Virus record (IMG/VR): IMGVR_UViG_3300045003_000239
Location: 1 to 61,259 of that record
DNA: 61,259 nucleotides
Origin: a virus
Taxonomy: Duplodnaviria > Caudoviricetes
Strand: one strand, 5' to 3'
Made by a program: the position numbers and the translations under genes. Positions 8,354-17,773 of this stretch are shown here, in pieces. Each line of letters opens with the position of its first letter. Position 1 is the first letter of the stretch. Under the pieces are notes generated by a model, which saw only the letters and a program-made list of their open reading frames with translations, made no database searches and was not told where the DNA came from.

Positions 8354-8884
8354 ATGCCGCCCAAGAAGCCGGCGAAGCCCACGCGCCCCACCCGCAAGCG
8401 CGGCCGAGGGCACCCGACGGCCCAGGTCCTGACCTCCGAGCTCACCGCCCAGATGGTCGAGCACATCAAGAGCGGCGTCACCATCAACGACGCCTGCGCC
8501 CTGGAGGGCATCTCGAAGCAGAGCCACTACCGCTGGCTCGACGAGGGCCTCGTCCCGCCCGGCGAATCCGACCACCGCCCCGCCTGCTGGACCTACCGCC
8601 TGGAGATCGAGGCCGCGCTCGCCTCCTACAAGCACAATCTCCTCAAGAACCTCCAGAGCGCGGCGTCGAACGGCCAGTGGCAGGCGAGCGCGTGGATCCT
8701 GGAGCGTCGCTTCCCCGACGAGTTCGGCCGCAAGGACAAGGTCGCGCTCAGCGGCGGGTTCGCCTCGAAGCCCGACACGCCCGACGAGCCCATCCGGCTC
8801 CTCGAGGTGAAGCTCACCGACAAGCGCGGGAAGCCGCCGGAGGGCGAAGCGCTTGGCGACGCCAGCGTGGACTCCCCCTCCTGA
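8354..8884 (+). CDS. terS: Terminase small subunit
   Basis: HTH (GVTINDACALEGISKQSHYRW), WQASAWILERRFPDEFGR; directly upstream of TerL. Confidence 0.8.
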   Translation: MPPKKPAKPTRPTRKRGRGHPTAQVLTSELTAQMVEHIKSGVTINDACALEGISKQSHYRWLDEGLVPPGESDHRPACWTYRLEIEAALASYKHNLLKNLQSAASNGQWQASAWILERRFPDEFGRKDKVALSGGFASKPDTPDEPIRLLEVKLTDKRGKPPEGEALGDASVDSPS

Positions 8885-10412
8885 TCCGAAGAGGCACCTC
8901 GCGCAAGCCGCGAAGGCCGCGGAGACGGAGCGCCCCGTCCTCAAGACGCAGTGGGAGGCGCACGCGGTCCAGAGCGACATCCTCACCAGCCCCGCGCGCT
9001 TCATCGTCGCCGCGATGGGCCGCCGCGCGGGGAAAACCGAGGTCGGCATCGTCTGGCTCTTCCGCGTCGGCCTCGAACTGATCGAGCAGGGCTACGACCC
9101 CGAGAGCATCGAACTCTGGTGGGTCGCGCCGACCTTCGAACTCACGCAGCGCGGCTACAACAAGATCATCAAGAAGACGAAGGAGGACGGCTCCCCGAAC
9201 CCGCTCTACGCGCTCTTCCAGCGCGGCGTGCGGAGCCCGTACCCCATCATCTACTGCAAGAACGGCCTCCGCATCCAGTTCAAGTCCGCCGAGCGCCAGG
9301 AGCAGCTCGAAGGCGAAGGCGTCCACGCCGTCGTCTTCGACGAGTTCTCCTGGGCCGGCGAGACCGCCTGGACCGAGTCCCTCTATCCCGCGCTGGGTGC
9401 CGCGGGCGGGCGCGCGCTCCTCATCTCCAAGCCGCGCGGCCGGAACCTCTTCTACCGCCTCTTCCAGAAGGGCCGCGACCGCGAAGCGAACCCCGAGTGG
9501 ACGAGCTATCACGCACCAAGCTGGTGCAACCCTTACCTCTACCCCGGCTTCATCGAGGAAGCCCGCCGCGACCTCCCCGACCGCGTCTTCCGCCAGGAGA
9601 TCGCCGCCGAGTTCCTCGACGACGCGGGCGCCGTCTTCCGCAACACGAGGACGCTCATCACGACGGAGGCGAAGTACCGCGGCCCCGCGACCTCGCGCGG
9701 CTGGGGCCTCCAGCGCGCCGCCGCGCCCGGCGTGCGCTACGTCGCCGGTTGGGACCCCGCGAAGCACGCGGACTACTCCGTCCTCACGGTCCTCCGTCTC
9801 CCCGAGCGCCACGTCGTCCACTGGGAACGCCGCCAGACCGTGGACTACCCGACGCAGTGCGAATGGGTCGCCAACGTCTGCCAGGGCTACAACCACGCGC
9901 CCCTCCTCATGGACAGCAGCGGCGCCGGCGACCCGGTCTTCGACTTCATCAGCCGCATCATCGGCGCCGGCGGCGTCGAGGGCTACAAGTTCACCAACGT
10001 CACGAAGGCCGACCTCGTGAACCAGCTCGCGCTCGCCATCGACAAGGGCACCGTCTCGTACCCCGACATCCCCGTCCTGCTCAACGAGCTGGAGATCTTC
10101 GAGATGACGAAGAGCGAGGCGGGCAACGTGAAGTACGCCGCGCCCGAGGGCTACCACGACGACTGCGTCATGAGCCTCGCCCTCGCGAACCTGAAGAGCA
10201 TGACCGGCGCCGCATGGGCGCCCCTGCCCGCGGACCACGCGCTCTCGCGCATCTTCACCGCCGAGCCCACCAGCACCGCGCCAGCGCGCGCTACGCTCAT
10301 CCCGCAGGGCGCCGTGCCCTACGGCGCGTGCGCGACGTGCAAGCAGCCGCTTGTCAAGATCGGCTTCAAGGTCCAGCACGCGGACGGCCGCCCCAAGTGC
10401 CCCGCTGCTTGA
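8853..10412 (+). CDS. terL: Terminase large subunit
   Basis: Walker A GRRAGKT, Walker B VVFDE, ISKPRG, RQEIAAEF, GWDPAKHAD, HDDCVMSLALA. Confidence 0.97.
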   Translation: MATPAWTPPPDPKRHLAQAAKAAETERPVLKTQWEAHAVQSDILTSPARFIVAAMGRRAGKTEVGIVWLFRVGLELIEQGYDPESIELWWVAPTFELTQRGYNKIIKKTKEDGSPNPLYALFQRGVRSPYPIIYCKNGLRIQFKSAERQEQLEGEGVHAVVFDEFSWAGETAWTESLYPALGAAGGRALLISKPRGRNLFYRLFQKGRDREANPEWTSYHAPSWCNPYLYPGFIEEARRDLPDRVFRQEIAAEFLDDAGAVFRNTRTLITTEAKYRGPATSRGWGLQRAAAPGVRYVAGWDPAKHADYSVLTVLRLPERHVVHWERRQTVDYPTQCEWVANVCQGYNHAPLLMDSSGAGDPVFDFISRIIGAGGVEGYKFTNVTKADLVNQLALAIDKGTVSYPDIPVLLNELEIFEMTKSEAGNVKYAAPEGYHDDCVMSLALANLKSMTGAAWAPLPADHALSRIFTAEPTSTAPARATLIPQGAVPYGACATCKQPLVKIGFKVQHADGRPKCPAA

Positions 10413-10415
10413 AAA

Positions 10416-10428
10416 GGAAATGATTATG
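10416..10428 (+). promoter_or_regulatory. BRE/TATA-like promoter GGAAATGATTATG
   Basis: Same 13-mer at 16581 and 60573; ATG ~29 nt after TTAT (leaderless geometry). Confidence 0.7.
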
Positions 10429-10452
10429 GCGGCGGCTGCGTCATAAAGCGCG

Positions 10453-10929
10453 ATGCCCTGGGGCACGGCCGACCCGCGCAAGCCGCACCACCTCGAGCAG
10501 GTCGCCAACCCGTTCGGCTCGCACGACCGCGTCGCCTTCGCGCCCGCGCGCAACTACCCGCTGCGCTGCCCCCACTGCTCGAACCTGATGGCGCCCGACT
10601 TCCTCGACGAAGGCGCCTGCCCCAACTGCCGCCAGCCCTTCACGAAGGCGCAGGCGCGCGACATGTTCATCGAGGCCCTCCAAGTGCACGTCCAGCACGG
10701 CGGCTGGAGCCCCGCGATCATCGAGGCCCTCAAGCGCCTCAAGGGCAGCGGATACGTGAACCGCGAGCTCGACGTGCGCGAGATGAACAGCACCGCGCGC
10801 AACGTCGCCGCGCACCACCTCAACCTCCGCGAGCAGATGCAGCGCGAGGAGCGCGCCAAGAAGGCCCTCCCCGCCGCGCTCCGCAACATGTCCTCCGTCA
10901 GCAAAGCTCTCCGCAGGGGTCCTCTCTGA
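10453..10929 (+). CDS. Zn-ribbon hypothetical protein
   Basis: CPHC...CPNC. Confidence 0.65.
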   Translation: MPWGTADPRKPHHLEQVANPFGSHDRVAFAPARNYPLRCPHCSNLMAPDFLDEGACPNCRQPFTKAQARDMFIEALQVHVQHGGWSPAIIEALKRLKGSGYVNRELDVREMNSTARNVAAHHLNLREQMQREERAKKALPAALRNMSSVSKALRRGPL

Positions 10930-11103
10930 TGGTCTGCCGCAGCAAGCTCGACCGCTACCTGACCGCCCGCGCGAACGGCGAGACCCGCCCCTACAAGGAG
11001 TGGGCCGCCGCCGACTTCGAGCGCCACCTGCGCGAGCGCGAGCAGCGCAAGATCCAGAGCGCCTTCATGGGCAGCGCATCCTCCGCCCGGACGTGAATCC
11101 CGC

Positions 11104-11499
11104 ATGGAAATCTGGCCCGCCAACCAGTCGCAGACCGAGTTCGCCCGCATCGTCCTCCTCCTCGCGCTCGTCGTCGTGCCCTCGCTCTTCCTGCCGGGCG
11201 ACGCGGGCCGGTGGGTGGCTTTCGGCGTGGCCCTCCTCATGTTCGCCTTCCTCGTCTTCGACTGGTGGGTGCGCCCGAACCTCTTCCCCGAGACGACGCT
11301 CACCGACCAGGAGAAGCTCGCCGCTGCCTTCCAGGCGTGGATCACGCGCCAGGGCATGGTGGACGAGGACCGCCTCAAGAAGCTCGAGGTGGTGAACCAG
11401 TCGCTCCTCACGCGCCTGGGCAACATGGACGCCGACCTCGCCGCCGCCAAGGGCGAACTCGCCGCCCTCCGCGCCGCCAAGGAGGCGCCGCCCTCGTGA
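11104..11499 (+). CDS. Two-TM membrane protein with C-terminal coiled coil
   Basis: Two hydrophobic segments followed by a heptad tail. Confidence 0.65.
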   Translation: MEIWPANQSQTEFARIVLLLALVVVPSLFLPGDAGRWVAFGVALLMFAFLVFDWWVRPNLFPETTLTDQEKLAAAFQAWITRQGMVDEDRLKKLEVVNQSLLTRLGNMDADLAAAKGELAALRAAKEAPPS

Positions 11500-11804
11500 A
11501 CGCGCCCTTCGGCATGTGCACCTTCGGCCACCCCCTCCCCGCGGTCTTCCGCGCCGAGCGACAGGACCTCGTCAACGGTGAGGTCGTCACGGACACGCAC
11601 GCCGTCTGCATCGTCTGTATCGTCGAGGCCGTCCAGGACTACGTGAAGCGCCGCGACGCGCCTCCCGCCGCGCCCGCGCCGCCGGCGGGCCTCACGAACC
11701 TCGACCGCCAGAAGCTCAAGGACCTGAGCGACCTGGTCGAGCAGCTTCAGGGCGAGGTCCGCGACGTTGTCGCGCGGAGCTTCCCCACCCCACCCGCTCC
11801 ATGA
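11496..11804 (+). CDS. Hypothetical protein
   Basis: GTGA overlap; C..GH / CIVC motifs. Confidence 0.5.
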   Translation: MNAPFGMCTFGHPLPAVFRAERQDLVNGEVVTDTHAVCIVCIVEAVQDYVKRRDAPPAAPAPPAGLTNLDRQKLKDLSDLVEQLQGEVRDVVARSFPTPPAP

Positions 11805-11865
11805 GAAATGGAAGGGATAACGAAACGGGTATCTCCGCCCCCGTGCTACTCCACGCCGAGCACGC

Positions 11866-13509
11866 ATGGCGGCAGCGCGCGCCTCTCTTCCTCGCTGGAT
11901 CCCCAAGACCGGCCTCGCCGGCCGCGCCGTCGCGCCCCAGTGGGCCGCCTCGCTGAACATCCGCCCCGACGTGATGGATCCGAAGACGGACATCGGGCTC
12001 CCCGAGCTCTACCGCATGATGCGGAAGAGCAACGCCGTCCGCGGCGCCATCATGACCCGACGCGACCACATCTTCATCAACGGCGTCGAGTGGAAGCCCA
12101 AGTTCTCCAAGAAGTGCCTCGACTGCGGATACGAACACGAGCCCGACGCGCGCCCCGACCACTGCGAGAACTGCGGCAAGCTCAACCTCATCAGCCCCGA
12201 CGTGAAGCAGCGCCAGGTCGCCGACCGCTTCTTCCGCAAGGTGGACGCCAACGGCACGCCCTTCCTGCGCGCCATGAAGATGCACCACGTCCACGCCGCC
12301 GTCGCCGACAACAGCTACACGGTCGCGCGCCTGGACTACGACCTCTTCGACGACGACGGCGCCGACCCCAAGACGGGCGAGGTCCACAAGCGCGGCGACA
12401 TCAAGAGCGCGAAGCTCGTCGAGCTGCTCGTCGCCAACCCCATGACGTTCCGCCGCATCCAGGACCCCATCACGAACCTGCCCGGCGGCAAGTTCTGGAT
12501 CTGCATCAACGGCGACCACCGCCCCGACTTCCGCATCGACCCCGAGACGCGTACGCCCATTCGCACCGGAGGCACGGCCTACCAGGCGCCCGGCGACTGC
12601 CCCTCCTGCGGCCTGCCCCTCCACGACGTCTGGTACATCAGCATCGAGCCCGGCACGCGCGACGTCCCCCTCGCGTACTTCCTTCCCCAGGAAGTCCACC
12701 ACCACGCGGAGTTCGCCCTCGGCTACGACCTCGGCTACCCGCCCATGGAGTCCATCTTCAACCTCGCCGACGTGACCGTCTCCATGGAGCGCTTCATGAA
12801 GGCGTACTACGACGAGATGCGGATGCCGCGCAGCGCGGGCTTCGTGTACACGCAGAACCCCGACGGCGTCCAGCAGGCCTTCAAGGACGCCGAGGACAAG
12901 AACGTCGCCCAGCGCGGCCAGCACTTCCCCATCTTCACCGTCGTGCCCTCGCCCAACGGCCCGAACATCCCCATCCACGTGATGGAGCTCTCGAAGCCGC
13001 CGGCCGAGATGCAGTTCCTCGAGTTCATGGACTTCTGCTATCGCCGCATCGGCGCCGCGTTCGGCGTCATGCCCGTCTTCGCGGGCGACAACTCGGCGAG
13101 CGGTCTCCAGAACCAGGGCCCCGTCCAGTGGGAGGTCACGGCCGAGGCCGCGCGCATCTGGCAGAACGTGTACAACGAGGACGTCTTCCCCTGGATCCTC
13201 AACCACCTCCACGTCAGCGACTGGGAGCTGCGCCTCAAGGAGCCCCGCGAGAAGGACGAGCTCAAGAAGGCCCAGACGTGGCAGGCGAAGGCCACGTGGG
13301 CTATGACGATGCTCAACCTCGGCTTCGAGATCACGAAGTTCGACCCCAGCACGGGCGACATCCAGATCAGCCTCCAGCCGCGCCTCGGCGGAATGGGCGG
13401 CTTCGGCCCGGGCGGTGCGCCTCCTCCCGCCCCGGGCGCCCCCGCAACCGACGGCGCGGGCGGACCCAGCGACGGCACGGACTACGACATTGGAGCGGCG
13501 ACCCTTTGA
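11866..13509 (+). CDS. Portal protein with Zn-ribbon insertions
   Basis: Position between TerL and MuF; YY...RMPR.A, EMQFLEF...IGAAFGVMPVF; CLDC/CENC and CPSC. Confidence 0.85.
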   Translation: MAAARASLPRWIPKTGLAGRAVAPQWAASLNIRPDVMDPKTDIGLPELYRMMRKSNAVRGAIMTRRDHIFINGVEWKPKFSKKCLDCGYEHEPDARPDHCENCGKLNLISPDVKQRQVADRFFRKVDANGTPFLRAMKMHHVHAAVADNSYTVARLDYDLFDDDGADPKTGEVHKRGDIKSAKLVELLVANPMTFRRIQDPITNLPGGKFWICINGDHRPDFRIDPETRTPIRTGGTAYQAPGDCPSCGLPLHDVWYISIEPGTRDVPLAYFLPQEVHHHAEFALGYDLGYPPMESIFNLADVTVSMERFMKAYYDEMRMPRSAGFVYTQNPDGVQQAFKDAEDKNVAQRGQHFPIFTVVPSPNGPNIPIHVMELSKPPAEMQFLEFMDFCYRRIGAAFGVMPVFAGDNSASGLQNQGPVQWEVTAEAARIWQNVYNEDVFPWILNHLHVSDWELRLKEPREKDELKKAQTWQAKATWAMTMLNLGFEITKFDPSTGDIQISLQPRLGGMGGFGPGGAPPPAPGAPATDGAGGPSDGTDYDIGAATL

Positions 13510-13634
13510 CCACGACGACGTGCGCGAAGTGCGGCGGCCAGAAGGTCCAGAGCGTGAAGGACACCGACGCCGCCACGGCCGGAGCGCGCCCGTGCACCTG
13601 CGACCTCGTCCCCGGCCTCAAGCTCAAGAGGTGA
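13506..13634 (+). CDS. Small Zn-finger protein (42 aa)
   Basis: TTGA overlap with portal stop; CAKC..CTC. Confidence 0.5.
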   Translation: MTTTTCAKCGGQKVQSVKDTDAATAGARPCTCDLVPGLKLKR

Positions 13635-13638
13635 GCGC

Positions 13639-14565
13639 GTGCGCGCGCCCCTGCGCCTCGTCCAGGAGACCAACGCCAGCTTCGACGCCTGGCTCAAGGC
13701 GAGCCGCGACCCGCGCGTGAGCACGGACGACCGCTTCCGCGCCTTCGCCGACTTCTCGCAGCGCAGCGCCCTCCTCGCCCAGTACACGACGAAGGCGCGC
13801 AGCGACGAGCGGGAGGAGCTCAACGCGCGTCTCGAGCGCGCGCTGGACGAGGAACTCGCAGCGCTGCCCCGCTTCGGCCGGAAGCTCACGGAGCGCGAGG
13901 TCGAGGACTTCGTCCAGCGGCTCGCCCTGCGCGTCGGCGCCGAGGTGACACAGGAGTTCCGCCGCGCCGCGAAGAACGCCTACGTCGCCGGCCTCGAGGA
14001 GGTCACGCGCCGCACCGGCGTCCGCCTCCAGTTCAACGGCTTCCACGAAGGCGCCCTCCGCGCCGTGATCGAGGGCGACGGCGCCGCGCGCACGTACGCC
14101 GACTTCACCGAGGGCATGGCCCGCCGCTTCAACGGCGTCGTCCGCGAGTCCTACGAGGCCGGCGAGGTGAGCCCGGGCAAGATCACGACGCGGCTCATCG
14201 ACGAGGCTGGCTGGCAGGCCCGCAAGCGCCTGGAGCGCATCGCGCGCACCGAGACGTGGAAGATCTGGATGGAGGCCCAGGTTCACGGCTACGAGGACGC
14301 GGAGGAGCGCGCGGGCGAGGTCTGGCGCTACCGCTTCGGCAAAATCAACGACGCGAAGACGTGCGATATCTGCGGCGCCATCATGGCGGCCATCCCGAGC
14401 GAGGGCCTGCCGCTCCAGGACCTGCTGGACACGATGGAGCGCATCATCCGCGCCCGCGCGCACCCCGGCTGGAATCCCACGCGCGACGGTAAGGTCCCGC
14501 TTCCCCACCCGAACTGCCGCCACGACATCTGGCGCACCGTCCGCGTCCCCGCGGAGGCGCCGTGA
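13639..14565 (+). CDS. MuF/SPP1 gp7-like minor head protein
   Basis: RLERIARTET, D.KTCDIC, PHPNCRH. Confidence 0.9.
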   Translation: MRAPLRLVQETNASFDAWLKASRDPRVSTDDRFRAFADFSQRSALLAQYTTKARSDEREELNARLERALDEELAALPRFGRKLTEREVEDFVQRLALRVGAEVTQEFRRAAKNAYVAGLEEVTRRTGVRLQFNGFHEGALRAVIEGDGAARTYADFTEGMARRFNGVVRESYEAGEVSPGKITTRLIDEAGWQARKRLERIARTETWKIWMEAQVHGYEDAEERAGEVWRYRFGKINDAKTCDICGAIMAAIPSEGLPLQDLLDTMERIIRARAHPGWNPTRDGKVPLPHPNCRHDIWRTVRVPAEAP

Positions 14566-14918
14566 GCGGCTTCGCCAGCACGAACGACGACGTCGTCCTC
14601 TGCGTGCTGTGCGGCCAGTACCGCGAGCCCCGCGAGTTCCCCGTCCTCAAGGGGAACCGGCTCTACGAGCGCTGCAAGCCCTGTCTGCGGAAGTTCCCCG
14701 TCGAGTACCTCTTCGTCCGCGACAACGCCACCTGCGGCATCTGCCGCCTCAAGGTCCGCGACCTCCGCGAGGCCAGCCGCGACCACATCGTCCCCGTGAG
14801 CGCGTGGGACTGGAACGCGCGCCCGGAAGGCCCCCACGTCGAGGACAACCTCCAGCTCGCGCACCTCCGCTGCAACCTCGCGAAGGGCAGCCACGTAGGA
14901 GACACCGCCCATGCCTGA
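14562..14918 (+). CDS. HNH endonuclease
   Basis: CGIC...DHIVPVS...NLQLAHLRCNLAKG. Confidence 0.9.
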   Translation: MSGFASTNDDVVLCVLCGQYREPREFPVLKGNRLYERCKPCLRKFPVEYLFVRDNATCGICRLKVRDLREASRDHIVPVSAWDWNARPEGPHVEDNLQLAHLRCNLAKGSHVGDTAHA

Positions 14919-15567
14919 GCCCACCGGCTTCGTCACTGTCGTCCCTCACCCCGAGACCACGCCCACCCAGGCCCAGAAGGAGGCCGGCAACTACGCCAAG
15001 GGGCACCGCAGCGTCCAAGGCCTTGAGGTCGCCATCGAGACGCCCAAGGGCGCCACGCGCAGCGGCACCGACAAGCACGGCACGCCCTGGAGCGTCGTCA
15101 TGAACCACGACTACGGCTACCTCAAGCGCACCGAGGGCGCCGATGGCGACGCCGTGGACGTCTTCCTGGGCCCCTTTGCCGACACGAGCGACCGCGTCTT
15201 CGTCATCAACCAGATCGACCAGGAGACCGGCGACTTCGACGAGCACAAGGTCATGCTCGGCTTCCGCACGCCCGACGAAGCGAAGTGGGCCTACCTCTCG
15301 AACTACTCCAAGGGCTGGCGCTGCGGCCCGATCAAGGAGATGGCGCTCGACGAGTTCAAGACGTGGCTCCAGGAGGGCGACCTCACCGACGTCGCCAAGG
15401 CCCTCCCCGACGCGCCGCCCCTCTCCACCTGGCGCCAGCGCGGCACCGGCCGCATCGCCACCGTGATCCGCCGGCGCAGCGACGGCCGCGCCATGCTCCT
15501 CTTCCACGACCGCGGCGTCACGAAGCCGGCGGACCTCCGAGGCTTCGACCCCATCACGAAAGGGTAA
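14911..15567 (+). CDS. Phage polyvalent-protein type inorganic pyrophosphatase (InPase) domain protein
   Basis: PTQAQKEAGNY.KGH...IETPKG..RSG...YGY...EGADGDAVDVFLG...FDEHKVMLGF. Confidence 0.85.
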   Translation: MPEPTGFVTVVPHPETTPTQAQKEAGNYAKGHRSVQGLEVAIETPKGATRSGTDKHGTPWSVVMNHDYGYLKRTEGADGDAVDVFLGPFADTSDRVFVINQIDQETGDFDEHKVMLGFRTPDEAKWAYLSNYSKGWRCGPIKEMALDEFKTWLQEGDLTDVAKALPDAPPLSTWRQRGTGRIATVIRRRSDGRAMLLFHDRGVTKPADLRGFDPITKG

Positions 15568-15569
15568 AG

Positions 15570-15862
15570 AATATCGGGCGCGATGAGGCCCTCACGCACC
15601 GGAAAGGGCCGCGGCGCGTCCCCCGCGAGAGGACGGCGCTCTGGTTGGGCGAGTCCGTTCGTCCCGTGGCCCGGGAAGGCGCCAGGAAGGCCCGCGCGGG
15701 GCTTAGCACGCCCCAAGGGACCGATGAGTCGGGGCCGCGCACGCAAGGGCTCGGGTGGACACCGAGCCGCCTCTACGGGGGTTGCGCTGGCCGACCGACG
15801 GGTCGGACCGGCCCGCGCTCGCTGACCGCATCCGGCGGGGTCCGGGCAACCGGATCCTTCCG
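15570..15862 (+). ncRNA. Candidate structured non-coding RNA
   Basis: No credible CDS; consecutive hairpins (GGCTCGG/CCGAGCC, CCGACC/GGTCGG, GGGGC/GCCCC, CCGG-GCAA-CCGG). Confidence 0.4.
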
Positions 15863-15882
15863 TCATGATCCACCGCCAAGAA

Positions 15883-15896
15883 CGGAAACTATTATC
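15883..15896 (+). promoter_or_regulatory. BRE/TATA-like promoter CGGAAACTATTATC
   Basis: Identical 14-mer at 56627-56640; ATG 15922 is ~30 nt after TTAT. Confidence 0.65.
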
Positions 15897-15921
15897 GCCC
15901 TTGGCCTCCTACACCTTCACC

Positions 15922-16272
15922 ATGCCTGAGCCGCGCTGCGTCATCCGCCGCGACGACCACGACCGCGCCATCGTCCTCGTGATCGACAGCGAGGGGCGCG
16001 AGATGCCCCTCAAGCACGTCGTCCGCCACAGCCCGACGGGGATGGAGTTCGGCTACGGCGGCGGCGGGCCCAGCGACCTCGCGCGCAGCCTCATGATCCA
16101 TTGGTTCGGCGACGCGGTCGCGGACCTCCACTACCAGGACTTCAAGGCGCAGTTCGTCGCCGCGCTGCCGACCGAGGGCGGCGTCATCACGAAGCGCGAG
16201 GCGACGGCGTGGCTCCAGGCCCGCGAGCTCCAGCGCGAGGTCGATGAAGGCCCCGAAGCTGCGTTCGCGTGA
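15922..16272 (+). CDS. DUF6166-like protein
   Basis: HSPTGMEFGYGGGGPSDLA...YQDFK. Confidence 0.75.
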   Translation: MPEPRCVIRRDDHDRAIVLVIDSEGREMPLKHVVRHSPTGMEFGYGGGGPSDLARSLMIHWFGDAVADLHYQDFKAQFVAALPTEGGVITKREATAWLQARELQREVDEGPEAAFA

Positions 16273-16519
16273 AGCGGCAGGCGGCAAGGCCAAGTAGCGA
16301 ACCCGACGGATAACAGGTTCATGGTTGCCGTTGCGGGGGCCTCAGTGTTCTCCTTCGACCTGGACCTCGGCGCGGCGATCTTCCTCATCCTCTTCGTCAC
16401 GCTCTGGATCCTCGAGCGCGACGAGTAGGCGAGCAGCGAAGATGGAAGGCTTTATCGAAGTCGGGGGCTTCGTAGGGTCCGCCGCGGCGCCCTTGGCAAC
16501 CGGGCGTTCGGTGCATCCA

Positions 16520-16562
16520 GCCGCGCGGGCTCTCTTCGGATTCCTTCTGGAGCCCGCGCGGC
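16520..16562. terminator. 13-bp GC hairpin upstream of a promoter
   Basis: GCCGCGCGGGCTC / GAGCCCGCGCGGC. Confidence 0.4.
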
Positions 16563-16580
16563 GTCCTGTTCTCCCAACAT

Positions 16581-16598
16581 GGAAATGATTATGATTCG
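16581..16598 (+). promoter_or_regulatory. BRE/TATA-like promoter GGAAATGATTATGATTCG
   Basis: 18-bp identity with 60573-60590. Confidence 0.7.
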
Positions 16599-16630
16599 GC
16601 GCGCGCTTGCTGGGCGCGGAGCGAACCTCC

Positions 16631-17503
16631 ATGTCAGCACCCACCGCCGCCTCGACGACCGCGCCTGCCACGCTGAAGATCACCCGCGACGACCTCGACG
16701 AGGCCGGCTACTACCGCCACTCCGAGAGCCTGAAGGTGGAGGGCTCCATCGAGATCGCCGCCGGCCTCTCGGTCGTCCGCTTCCGCGGACGACTTGAGGC
16801 GAAGCGAACGATTCGAGCTCTCGCGGGCTCGGGCATCTCCGCGGGCGAGGGCATCTCCGCGGGCGAGGGCATCTCCGCGGGCTGGGGCATCTCCGCGGGC
16901 GAGGGCATCTCCGCGGGCTGGGGCATCTCCGCGGGCGAGGGCATCTCCGCGGGCTGGGGCATCTCCGCGGGCGAGGGCATCTCCGCGGGCGAGGGCATCT
17001 CCGCGGGCGAGGGCATCTCCGCGAAGCGTTCCATCATCACGAAGCTCCAGGGCATCAAGGCGATGACCGTCAAGGCGCTCCGCATCCTGGCCGGCGTGGA
17101 CACCACCGAGCCGCAGACCATCAGCGTCACCGCCGTCGAAGGCGGCGAGGTCATGCTCGGCAAGGTCGTCTCGCGCGCCGAGGAACTGCGCGTCGTGAAG
17201 GAGGACATCTTCCGCGTCCTCGACACGAGCCCCGGCGAGGTCGCGGGCCTCCGCCAAGCCCTCGTGGACGGCCGCATCGACGGCTCCGTGTACCACGGCG
17301 ACTGCGCCTGCCTCGTCGGCACGCTCGCGAACCTCCGCGGCTGCGACGTCAACGACATCCCCGGCCTCAAGCCCGACAGCAAGCGCCCCGCCGAGGTCTG
17401 GTTCGCCCAGATTCGGCCGAAGCGCACGCCGGAGCACAGCGGCGTCGCCCGCCTCACGCTGCAGTGGATCGACGAGTACATCGCCGCCCACCCGCGCGCT
17501 TGA
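16631..17503 (+). CDS. Hexapeptide-repeat (GISAG[E/W]) protein
   Basis: Ten tandem repeats; C-terminal GRIDGSVYHGDCACLVGT domain. Confidence 0.8.
   Translation: MSAPTAASTTAPATLKITRDDLDEAGYYRHSESLKVEGSIEIAAGLSVVRFRGRLEAKRTIRALAGSGISAGEGISAGEGISAGWGISAGEGISAGWGISAGEGISAGWGISAGEGISAGEGISAGEGISAKRSIITKLQGIKAMTVKALRILAGVDTTEPQTISVTAVEGGEVMLGKVVSRAEELRVVKEDIFRVLDTSPGEVAGLRQALVDGRIDGSVYHGDCACLVGTLANLRGCDVNDIPGLKPDSKRPAEVWFAQIRPKRTPEHSGVARLTLQWIDEYIAAHPRA
16832..17023 (+). repeat. 18-bp tandem repeat x10.7 (GGCATCTCCGCGGGC[GAG/TGG])
   Basis: Direct reading. Confidence 0.95.
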
Positions 17504-17518
17504 GTCGAGGCGACCACC

Positions 17519-17761
17519 ATGGCGCGCGGGAATCTCACGAAGAAGGAGCGCGTCCGCCGCGCCATGGTGATCCTGGGTCCCGATGCCCGCCTCGCCGACA
17601 TCGCCTACCTCGCGAACCTCGACCCCATCGGCGCCGTCCGCATCATGAAGCAGCTCCACGCGCGCCAGACGGCGCCGACATCGACGAAGCACGCCCACTA
17701 CCCCGTCCGCGGCTCCGGTCGCTGGACGCTCCCTTCTCCCTCCGACTACGCCCACGCATAG
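17519..17761 (+). CDS. Small putative HTH protein
   Basis: ARLADIAYLANLDPIGAVRIMKQL. Confidence 0.55.
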   Translation: MARGNLTKKERVRRAMVILGPDARLADIAYLANLDPIGAVRIMKQLHARQTAPTSTKHAHYPVRGSGRWTLPSPSDYAHA

Positions 17762-17773
17762 GAGACCGCGCCC

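Noticed and set aside
15580-15740. Hammerhead ribozyme, SRP or RNase P identity for the structured region
   Set aside because: CGATGAG is present but there is no correct CUGAUGA/GAAA core, SRP helix 8 or RNase P signature.
16832-17023. Possible CRISPR array
   Set aside because: Contiguous 18-bp coding repeats with no spacers; no cas operon.
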